NCBI GenBank assembly: GCA_041641295.1
Contig: JBEPYO010000001.1
Span: 1,088,001 to 1,152,000, forward strand
Direction of reading: 5' to 3'
DNA: 64,000 bases
From: Nitrososphaerota archaeon
Lineage (GTDB): Archaea; Thermoproteota; Nitrososphaeria_A; Caldarchaeales; Calditenuaceae
The notes under the pieces are model-generated. The model was not told the origin of the DNA and did no database searches. It saw only the letters and a program-made list of their open reading frames with translations. A program made the position numbers and the translations under genes. Shown piece by piece: positions 56,148-64,000 of the stretch (the stretch's first letter is position 1; each line of letters opens with the position of its first letter).

Positions 56148-58149
56148 CTTTTCTCCTTCTACCCACGAGTAGTCCTGCAACAGCACCGACTATAAGAGCC
56201 ACGATAGCAGCTACAGCGACCATAGAAACGTCCGTTACCGTCTCAGTCCTAGTCACTACCTGTGTCTGTACCTGCGTTACCGCCAATGTCTGAGTGGCTA
56301 AAACCGTCCTAGTCTGAACTAGAGTCACTGTCACCGTAGTAGCCCCAGTAACAGTTGTTGGCGGCGGTGGTGGAGGAGGAGCAATGACTTTAGCTAGGTC
56401 GTCGAAGAACTTCGTCGTCGGGAACTTCAACCTATTAATCCATGCGGGATAGGCTGGGTCTTGGCCCTTCCTAGCTATATAGAACCAGTATACGATGGAG
56501 CTTATTCTGTCTCCGTAAAGGCCGTCAAACCATCTCTGATTCTCCTCGGCAGGCCAGCCAACCCAGTATTGGCTTGAGAACTCGTACCAGGTCGCACCAT
56601 AGAATAGGGGGACGCCGGGCAGGTCGCGTAGGAAGATCTCCTGCAGCTTACTGTAATACTCTTGGAGCTTAGCCGGGTCTGTCTCCTTAGGTATAGCGTC
56701 GATGAGGGCAATCACTTCTTGGTTCTTGTAGTTCGCCCAGTTGCCGGCCGGCATTGAGAGTCTGGGATCCATTACAAACCTAAAGACGTTCCATGGATGG
56801 GCGAATCCAACACCTGCCGACCATCCAAGGTTTAGGTCTAGCTGCTTGTCTATGGAGCGCTGCCACCAGACACTAAAGTCTGGGAACTCTGTGTTAACCT
56901 CTATGCCGATCGACCTGAGGTTCTGTGCTATTATCTCGCACATTGCCATCCAGTCAGTCCACCCATATGGCACCTGAATAGTGAGGCCCTTCAGCGGGGT
57001 GCCGTCAGGGAGTTCCCTCCACCCATCCCCATCCCTGTCGATGATTCCAGCATCGTCGAGAATCTTCTTGGCCTTATTTAGGTCATAGACTGGATACATG
57101 GGCTCCAGTCTCTTATCAATGTATTTGGCTGCTGGGCTTGTATGGACTATGAGGGATGGTGACGCGCGTATGCTGTAGTTGTAGTAGGGCTTGGCTATCA
57201 GCTCGTCGAAAGGTATTGCGTGGGCGATGGCCCTCCTAACGTTTGGGTCTGCCAACGCCTTCTTCTCATAGTTCATGTATAGGAGGATTGGGCTGTCACC
57301 TAGATAGTATGGCTGCTTGGCGAAGTATGTCCTCCTCTCAAGGCCCTTAACCTCCCATAGCTCCCATATCTTAGGTGTGAAGTGCGTCATCGAGTCTATC
57401 TCTCCCGCCTCGAAGGCTAGTGCTGCGGCTGGATTATCCTTGAATGTTCTATGACAGAGGTATTTGGGGCGCGGAAGACCGAAGAGGTCGCGACCCCACC
57501 AGTCGTCAACCCGTGTATAGCAGAATGTGTCCTCAGTAAATCTTAGCAGCCTGTAGGGTCCGGATCCAACAATCTCTTCGGGCTTCTGCTCCATATACTC
57601 GCTCGCAATCTTCTCTCCTCTAGCCTCGAGGGCTGACCACCTGTGCTGGGGGAGAATGAAAATAGTTAACACTCCAAGTAGCTGGAAGTAGTTTAGCTTT
57701 GCCTCACTCGTAACGAGCTGTACCGTCTTCTGGTCTACGACTCGAACCTCATCTATATAGTCCCAGATCGGAGTTAGTGCTCCTACAGTATACTTCTTTC
57801 CAAGCTCAAATGTGTACTTTACGTCGTTGGCAGTAACTGGTCTACCATCCCACCACCTAGCCTCGGGCCTGATCTTAACCTCAAGCGTGTATTTGTCAAC
57901 CCATCTATAACTCTCAGCAATGAAGGGAATCCACTCGTCGCTGAACCTACTATATAAGAAGAGTGGAGGATACATGTATAGTGTTCCCCAGTCATATGAT
58001 GGTAGCAGTGGGTTGAAGCCCTTTGGTGGCCCCCAGTCAGATGAGTGGTAGACTGTTTCTTCCCGCGGAATCTCCTGTGCCTGCGCCGTCGTCAATAATA
58101 GGGGTAGCAAGAACGCGGCAGCCAAAAGTATAGCCGCTTCCCTTTTCAT
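56140..58149 (-). CDS. ABC transporter family-5 substrate-binding protein (probably oligosaccharide-binding)
   Basis: Signal peptide, WWDGRPVTANDV, GSGPY, VRRAIAHAI, VPYGWTDW, Pro/Thr linker, C-terminal TM anchor. Confidence 0.9.
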   Translation of the reverse strand: MKREAAILLAAAFLLPLLLTTAQAQEIPREETVYHSSDWGPPKGFNPLLPSYDWGTLYMYPPLFLYSRFSDEWIPFIAESYRWVDKYTLEVKIRPEARWWDGRPVTANDVKYTFELGKKYTVGALTPIWDYIDEVRVVDQKTVQLVTSEAKLNYFQLLGVLTIFILPQHRWSALEARGEKIASEYMEQKPEEIVGSGPYRLLRFTEDTFCYTRVDDWWGRDLFGLPRPKYLCHRTFKDNPAAALAFEAGEIDSMTHFTPKIWELWEVKGLERRTYFAKQPYYLGDSPILLYMNYEKKALADPNVRRAIAHAIPFDELIAKPYYNYSIRASPSLIVHTSPAAKYIDKRLEPMYPVYDLNKAKKILDDAGIIDRDGDGWRELPDGTPLKGLTIQVPYGWTDWMAMCEIIAQNLRSIGIEVNTEFPDFSVWWQRSIDKQLDLNLGWSAGVGFAHPWNVFRFVMDPRLSMPAGNWANYKNQEVIALIDAIPKETDPAKLQEYYSKLQEIFLRDLPGVPLFYGATWYEFSSQYWVGWPAEENQRWFDGLYGDRISSIVYWFYIARKGQDPAYPAWINRLKFPTTKFFDDLAKVIAPPPPPPPTTVTGATTVTVTLVQTRTVLATQTLAVTQVQTQVVTRTETVTDVSMVAVAAIVALIVGAVAGLLVGRRRKAS

Positions 58150-58255
58150 AGCGAGTCCTAGAGACTTATCATTACAATATAAAGGTTTGTGAGTAAGGCA
58201 ATATTATTTTTCACAGATCCATGTATGCATTATATATAGTTGGTCAACTGCAGCG

Positions 58256-59041
58256 CTATCCGGCGGTGCTGTAGCTTTTGAGGTATTTTCCACGGAGTAG
58301 TAGCCTTACCGTTACGAACCTGTCCAGCCCTGAGGTGGCTATCTTTTTGCCGTAAACCTCCTCCACCTGGAAGACTCCTGCTTCGTTAACCATGTCCACC
58401 TCGACTACGAGTGGGACGTCGTCGCCCTCCTTCAACTCGACCGACCTTATTGCGAGGGCTGAGAACGCATGTATGTCCGACTTCCCATACATGTATGGGT
58501 ATCTGGCCCTTCCCTCAGCCATGTCTGTTCCGTCAGCGAGCTTGACTATCCCTGCCTCGAGGCTTAGTGCCTGCACGTTATCATCGTGTGCAAGTATTGA
58601 GTGTAGTATCTCTTGCCTAATCCTCATCTGTGTCTTAAGGTCTGGATAGTATTTTGGCAGTATCCTAGATAAGATTCCGGAGGCGATGTATGTTCCGGTT
58701 ATGTGGTGCATCTCTCTGTGGATCATGTTGCCTATATCGTGAAGATACGAGCCCAGCAGCACAACGATAGCGGCGTCGCGGTGGCTGAGGCCATGCTGGA
58801 CCGTGATCGGTCTCAACCCCCTCCTAGTCAGTATGTCTAGAATCTCTAGTGCTGAGCCTGCTACTATCTTGGCATGCATTGGGCCGTGATCGTTGTAGTA
58901 GAGCCGCTTGACCACCATGTCGTTACAGAGCCTGAGGGCGGTCTGAAGCTCCTCATCACCCTCCAGTTCGCGGTATAGTGTGGATAGAACCTCGTCGCCC
59001 TTCACCTTCTCCTCGACCAGCCTCTCCGAGACCCGCACCAT
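58256..59041 (-). CDS. HD-domain phosphohydrolase
   Basis: NDHGPMH, YLHDIG, HD, ADGTD. Confidence 0.85.
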   Translation of the reverse strand: MVRVSERLVEEKVKGDEVLSTLYRELEGDEELQTALRLCNDMVVKRLYYNDHGPMHAKIVAGSALEILDILTRRGLRPITVQHGLSHRDAAIVVLLGSYLHDIGNMIHREMHHITGTYIASGILSRILPKYYPDLKTQMRIRQEILHSILAHDDNVQALSLEAGIVKLADGTDMAEGRARYPYMYGKSDIHAFSALAIRSVELKEGDDVPLVVEVDMVNEAGVFQVEEVYGKKIATSGLDRFVTVRLLLRGKYLKSYSTAG

Positions 59042-59158
59042 GGCTATGCATACGCTTCTGGGCCCAATAAATCCGCGCCCGCTCCTCCAGCTGGGGCTGG
59101 TGCATCGTTAATTACGTGGGTGGAAAATGGGTTATACAGAGTGGGGGGTGCTGGGGAG

Positions 59159-60940
59159 ATGGGCTGGATAAGGGAGCCGATTGTCGTGGTCTTGGGGCAT
59201 GTGGACCATGGTAAAACCTCCCTCCTTGACAAGATGAGGGGTACGGTGGTCGCTAGGCGGGAGGCGGGCGGCATAACCCAGCACATAGGTGCGAGCCACT
59301 TCCCGCTGGACGCTGTGCTGGAGACTTGTAGGAGGCTGCTTGGGGAGGTAAAGGTCCAGCTAAAGGTTCCCGGCCTCCTATTCATAGACACTCCCGGGCA
59401 CCAAGTCTTCGCAAACCTGAGGAAGAGGGGAGGCTCGATAGCGGACATGGCCATCCTCGTGGTGGATGTAATGCAAGGTATCCAGGAGCAAACGGTTGAG
59501 AGCATCCAGCTCCTCAGGGCTAGGAAGACACCCTTCGTGGTCGCGCTCAACAAGATAGACATGATAACTGGGTGGAAGCCTGTCGAGGGCGCACCCTTCA
59601 AAGACGCCTTCAACAACCAGTCTCCGAGGGTCAGGGAGGCCCTAGAGACCCGCATATACAGTGTTGTGGGACAGCTCTCAAACCTCGGGTTCCAGTCAGA
59701 CCTCTACACGCGGATAACAAACTTTGCTAGGACCGTGGCTATTGTGCCTGTTAGCGCGAAGACCGGCGAGGGTGTGGCCGACCTACTGCTGGTGATTCTG
59801 GGGCTGGCCCAGGCCTACATGTCGAGGCAGCTAGAGGCAGAGGAAAAGGGTGCTGAGGGTGCCATCCTAGAGGTGGTAGAGGAGGTGGGGCTTGGAGCCA
59901 CAGCCAACGCCGTGATAAGCGACGGCATACTACGCGTGGAGGATAGGATAGCCGTGCTTGGTAGGGATGGGCCGATGGTAGTGAGGGTCAGAGCCCTTCT
60001 AATGCCTAAGCCGCTGGACGAGATGAGAGACCCGCGGGACAGGTTCAAGCATGTGGAGGAGGTCAGGGCCTCGGCAGGCGTGAAGATTGTCGGCGAGGGA
60101 CTAGACGCAGCCGTCCCCGGCTCACCACTCTACGTCGTCTCAAGCGAGGAGATGCTTGAACAGGTCTTCGCTAGGCTGCAGAGCGAGGTTGGGGAGTTCG
60201 TAGTCAGGACGGACAAGATAGGGGTGGTTGTGAAGGCAGACACCTTGGGGACGCTGGAGGCGATGGTGAACTATCTTAGGGAGAAGGGTGTCCCGATAAG
60301 GTCTGCCGACATCGGCGATGTCTCGAAGAGGGATGTGATGGAGTCCGCCGCGGTTAAGCTGAAGGACGAGTTCCTGGGCGTGATACTGGCATTCAACGTC
60401 GATGTTCCTAAGGAGCTGGAGGCGGAAGCCGCAAGCCGGGGAGTCAGGATATTCAGGGGCGAGGTCCTCTTCAGACTGGTCGACGAGTATCTACAGTGGG
60501 TTACCACGACTCGCGAGGAGAGAGCGAGGGCCAGCTTCGAGAGGCTTGTCAAGCCGGCTAAGATCAGGGTCTTGGAAGGTCTCGTGTTCAGGAGGAGTAA
60601 TCCGGCGATATTCGGCGTCGAGGTTCTCTCGGGCCAGCTCACACCCCACGTCAGCCTTATGAACTCGTCGGGCCGGGTTGTTGGAGTTGTCACACAGCTT
60701 CAGAACATGGGGCGGCCGGTGGCCGTCGCCTCTGCCGGGGAGAAGGTGGCCATCTCGATGAGGGAGCCGGTTGTTGGGAGGCACATAAAGGAGGGCGAGA
60801 CACTATACGTCGCAATCCCCGAGAGTGATGCCCGCCTCCTCTTAACCACCTTCCAAGACAGACTCAGTGAGGATGCAAAATCCGCGCTGAATGAGATAGT
60901 GGAGATTAAGAGGAAGACCAACCCCCTCTGGGCGATGTAG
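59159..60940 (+). CDS. infB: Translation initiation factor aIF5B (IF-2)
   Basis: GHVDHGKT, GGITQHIGA, DTPGH, NKID, SAKTGEG; no intein seen. Confidence 0.96.
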   Translation: MGWIREPIVVVLGHVDHGKTSLLDKMRGTVVARREAGGITQHIGASHFPLDAVLETCRRLLGEVKVQLKVPGLLFIDTPGHQVFANLRKRGGSIADMAILVVDVMQGIQEQTVESIQLLRARKTPFVVALNKIDMITGWKPVEGAPFKDAFNNQSPRVREALETRIYSVVGQLSNLGFQSDLYTRITNFARTVAIVPVSAKTGEGVADLLLVILGLAQAYMSRQLEAEEKGAEGAILEVVEEVGLGATANAVISDGILRVEDRIAVLGRDGPMVVRVRALLMPKPLDEMRDPRDRFKHVEEVRASAGVKIVGEGLDAAVPGSPLYVVSSEEMLEQVFARLQSEVGEFVVRTDKIGVVVKADTLGTLEAMVNYLREKGVPIRSADIGDVSKRDVMESAAVKLKDEFLGVILAFNVDVPKELEAEAASRGVRIFRGEVLFRLVDEYLQWVTTTREERARASFERLVKPAKIRVLEGLVFRRSNPAIFGVEVLSGQLTPHVSLMNSSGRVVGVVTQLQNMGRPVAVASAGEKVAISMREPVVGRHIKEGETLYVAIPESDARLLLTTFQDRLSEDAKSALNEIVEIKRKTNPLWAM

Positions 60941-60977
60941 TAAGACCCGCGGCCAAAATGTAAATAGTGGGGAAGGT

Positions 60978-61892
60978 GTGATTGGTGTTGTGGCTCGTCC
61001 ACTTCTCGGAATAGCTATACCTCACTTCGGACGCAACCTGTCTCCAGACTCCGTCTACAGCGTTGCGAGGGCAGCGGAGGAGATTGGATACGACTCGATC
61101 TGGACAACAGACCACGTAGTCATCGACACGTCCAACTACTATCCCTATGGGCGAATATACGAGAGCATTGCCGTCCTCGCGGCGATAGGCTCAGTCACCG
61201 AGCAGATAAAGATAGGGACCTCCATCATAGTCATCCCCATGAGAAATACTGTCCTAACGGCTAAGCAGCTCGCAACCATCGACTCCCTCACCGGAGGCAG
61301 GCTGATAGTGGGTCTGGGTGTAGGCTGGAACCGGCAGGAGTTCAGAAACCTCGGAGCAGATTTCAAGAGGCGCGGCAGGATTGAGGAGGAGTCGATTAAG
61401 CTGATGAGGACTCTGTGGAGCAGTGAGAGGCCTGTCTTCGTGGGAGAGTTTTATAGAGTTGAGGATGCGGTCTTTGAGCCTCTGCCGGCGCAACGAGGCG
61501 GACCACCCATCTGGCTTGGAGGCAACAGTAGGGCCGCGCTGGAGAGGGCCTTGAGGCTTGCCGATGGATGGCATGTCACAGGTATGCATCCGAGCGATTT
61601 TGGGGAGATGGTGAGGGGCGCTGCGGGTAGGGCGAAGCAAGGCTTCGTATTCTCTGCTAGGCTGACGGTCGAGCTCGGCGGTAGAGGGCCTAGGGAATAT
61701 ACCTCGCCGTTGGGGGATAGGCGTTTCATATTGGGTGGCGGCGCAGGTGAGGTTGCAGAGCAGCTATCTGAATATGTGCGGCTTGGTGCAAGTCATCTCG
61801 TCCTATATCTAGGAGACTTGCCCGCAAAAGCCTACATCGAGAATATGAGGAGGTTCATGGGCGAGGTGGCACCCTCCATCTCGGGCGGCTGA
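60978..61892 (+). CDS. LLM-class (probably F420-dependent) oxidoreductase
   Basis: AEEIGYDSIWTTDH, AKQLATIDSLTGGRL, GVGWN..EF, PIWLGGNS, ADGW. Confidence 0.88.
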   Translation: MIGVVARPLLGIAIPHFGRNLSPDSVYSVARAAEEIGYDSIWTTDHVVIDTSNYYPYGRIYESIAVLAAIGSVTEQIKIGTSIIVIPMRNTVLTAKQLATIDSLTGGRLIVGLGVGWNRQEFRNLGADFKRRGRIEEESIKLMRTLWSSERPVFVGEFYRVEDAVFEPLPAQRGGPPIWLGGNSRAALERALRLADGWHVTGMHPSDFGEMVRGAAGRAKQGFVFSARLTVELGGRGPREYTSPLGDRRFILGGGAGEVAEQLSEYVRLGASHLVLYLGDLPAKAYIENMRRFMGEVAPSISGG

Positions 61893-61901
61893 GAGAAACA
61901 C

Positions 61902-62354
61902 CTATTCGAGGATGTAGGTTGGCTGCGACTTTATCACCCGAGTAGTAACCAGAACGTTTACCTCTCTCACACCTCCAACCCGCTTAACTCTGTCGATCAA
62001 GTTCTGGAGACTGGCCAAGTCCCGGGCAAAGGCCACTGCTATCAAGTCATACTCCCCGCTGAACTGGTAGATGTTTAGTATCTCGTCCCAATTCTTCAGC
62101 TCGCCTATAGCCTCCTCCCTGTGGGATGGGTCCAGCTTTATCATGAAGGCGGCCGAGACGTTAAGCCCAATCCTCCTAGGGTCAACTATCGCGACGAACC
62201 CTCTGATAACTCCTCTCTCCACTAGTCGTTTGATTCTAAACCGGACCGTATTTTCAGGCATCCCAATCTTCTCCGCTATTTCAGAGGCCGGCATCCGCGC
62301 ATCAGTCTGTAGGAGCCGTATTATTGCGCGATCCTTCTCATCCAGCTCGCTCAT
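61902..62354 (-). CDS. Lrp/AsnC family transcriptional regulator
   Basis: LDEKDRAIIRLLQTDAR HTH, RIKRLVERGVI, SGEYD. Confidence 0.92.
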   Translation of the reverse strand: MSELDEKDRAIIRLLQTDARMPASEIAEKIGMPENTVRFRIKRLVERGVIRGFVAIVDPRRIGLNVSAAFMIKLDPSHREEAIGELKNWDEILNIYQFSGEYDLIAVAFARDLASLQNLIDRVKRVGGVREVNVLVTTRVIKSQPTYILE

Positions 62355-63195
62355 GGCCTACCTGCGACTCCCATAGTCCAAGCCTCCGCTTAAGCATTTT
62401 AATGACTAGGACGCCGAAGAATATTGCTGTTGCCACGCCTGCTATTGCTCCGCCGGAGCTTATGGAGAGGTAGTATGAGAGGTAGAGGCCTATTATGGCC
62501 GAGGATACGCCGACGAGGATGGATGTACCTATCATCTGGGCCATGTTTCGGGAGATTATTTGGGCCGTGGCGCCGGGCGTTACGAGGAGGGTTATGACTA
62601 GGACTATCCCTACTGTGTTGAGGGCGCTGACGATTGCGAGCGAGAGCAGGACCATGAGGAGGTAGTGGAGGAGGGTTGTCGGTATCCCGATTACTTTGCT
62701 GAATATGGGGTCGAAGGTGTAGGCAACTATCTCCTTCAGCAGCATTCCGACGGCTATGACGACTAGGCCTCCAATTCCCGCTGATAAGAGCATGTCGTTT
62801 AGTGAGACTCCAATAGGGTTCCCGAATAGGACGTGGAAGACATCTACGGTGGGGCGCATCCAGCTCAGCAGGATTAATCCGGTGGCGAAGGCACCCGTCA
62901 TCACCACGCCTATTGCAGTGTCATTCCTGATGCGTGCCCTAGACTCTACGAGGCCTATCAGGGCCGATGAACCTACCCCGGCTATAAGCGCGCCAACGAC
63001 ATACGGTATATCGAGGGCTAGTGCTATGGCGATTCCCGGTAGGACGGAGTGTGAGATCGCGTCTCCGAGGAGCGCCCACCCCCGCAGGACTACGAAGCTG
63101 CTGAGGATGGAGCAGGTGACAGCCACGGTTATTGATGTCGCTAGGGCAACCCTCATGAACTCATACCTCATAGGCTCCGCCAGTAGCTCTAGCAT
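62338..63195 (-). CDS. Zn/Mn ABC transporter permease
   Basis: LLGDAISHSVLPG, LFGN, TFDP, VGIVLV. Confidence 0.9.
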   Translation of the reverse strand: MLELLAEPMRYEFMRVALATSITVAVTCSILSSFVVLRGWALLGDAISHSVLPGIAIALALDIPYVVGALIAGVGSSALIGLVESRARIRNDTAIGVVMTGAFATGLILLSWMRPTVDVFHVLFGNPIGVSLNDMLLSAGIGGLVVIAVGMLLKEIVAYTFDPIFSKVIGIPTTLLHYLLMVLLSLAIVSALNTVGIVLVITLLVTPGATAQIISRNMAQMIGTSILVGVSSAIIGLYLSYYLSISSGGAIAGVATAIFFGVLVIKMLKRRLGLWESQVGHERAG

Positions 63196-63197
63196 GC

Positions 63198-63959
63198 CTA
63201 CTTCCAGCCCGCCACCTTCTCCAAGTCATCCAAGTGTAGTGCTATTGTTGAGCCGCCGTAAGTGTTTGCAAGGTTCTCAGACGTGAGCACCTCTTTGGGC
63301 GGTCCGAAGGCGATTAGCTCGTTTCTAATAAGGGCAACATAATCGAATATCTCTAGTGTCGCGCTGATGTCGTGTGTAGCCATGACTATCGTCTTTCCCT
63401 GATCCCTGAGACTCTTCAGGATCTCTAGGAGGACGGTCTCGGATGGCGCGTCTAGGCCTGCTATCGGCTCGTCAAGCAGGTAGACCTCGCCTCCTTGACA
63501 GATTGCCCGGGCTAGGAAGGCTCTCTGCTGCTGGCCGCCTGAGAGCTCGGAGATCTTCCGGGATGCGAGGTCTTCAAGCATTACCAGCTTCAGAGCTGTC
63601 TCGACGCGGCTGTCATGGCTGTCGAGCCATCTGAATAGGCCCCGCCTCTTCATGTTCCCCATGGCCACAAGCTCCCTCACAGTTAGCGGGTAGTCCCAAT
63701 AGACCTCTTCTCTCTGCGGTGTGTATGCGACTAAGCCGCGGGTCTTAGAAGGGTCTTTCCCGAGTACCCTCACCTGGCCTGATGTAGGTCTGACTAGGCC
63801 AGCAAGCATCTTGAGGATGCTTGTCTTACCAGCACCGTTCGGTCCGATCAGTGCAACCATCTTCCCAGCCTCAGACCGGAATGTAACATCGCGCAGCGCT
63901 ACAACCTCGTCATATCTCAGCGAGGCCGACTCAAGCTCTATCGAATACATCAGCACCAC
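63198..63959 (-). CDS. Zn/Mn ABC transporter ATPase
   Basis: GPNGAGKT, LSGGQQQR, LLDEP, THD. Confidence 0.92.
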   Translation of the reverse strand: MVLMYSIELESASLRYDEVVALRDVTFRSEAGKMVALIGPNGAGKTSILKMLAGLVRPTSGQVRVLGKDPSKTRGLVAYTPQREEVYWDYPLTVRELVAMGNMKRRGLFRWLDSHDSRVETALKLVMLEDLASRKISELSGGQQQRAFLARAICQGGEVYLLDEPIAGLDAPSETVLLEILKSLRDQGKTIVMATHDISATLEIFDYVALIRNELIAFGPPKEVLTSENLANTYGGSTIALHLDDLEKVAGWK

Positions 63960-64000
63960 CTTGACAGCTCCCTAACAATCGTCTCGACATTATACCTCAT

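Overview
Archaeal chromosomal window. Rpo4, eL21, Pus10, SRP54, aIF5B, an intron-containing tRNA, the AroA'/AroB' shikimate route and an arcadin-1 homologue point to a thermophilic TACK lineage, plausibly Aigarchaeota/Caldarchaeales (inference). Most of it is housekeeping or metabolic: an asd-aroA'-aroB'-aroD-aroE-aroA-aroC-CM/aminotransferase operon, a translation cluster, a B12-dependent acyl-CoA mutase set, ABC transporters and a 2,400-aa surface protein. Four non-routine signals stand out. (1) Two distant paralogous ~270-300-aa IS110/Nop-like RuvC-fold ORFs (4964-5857, 47563-48378) lack the IS110 catalytic-serine loop, and each is followed by a homologous ~160-nt covarying hairpin that overlaps its stop codon: a candidate RNA-associated or RNA-guided system. 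(2) An unannotated 29-aa Tyr/Trp/Phe-rich leader peptide sits in a structured leader before the aromatic amino acid operon: a candidate archaeal attenuator. (3) A decayed integrative element appears to use a box C/D sRNA as its attachment site. (4) A free-standing HTH-LAGLIDADG gene has a ~230-nt structured leader and abuts tRNA-Ile. All family calls come from motif recognition by eye; no searches or folding programs were run.
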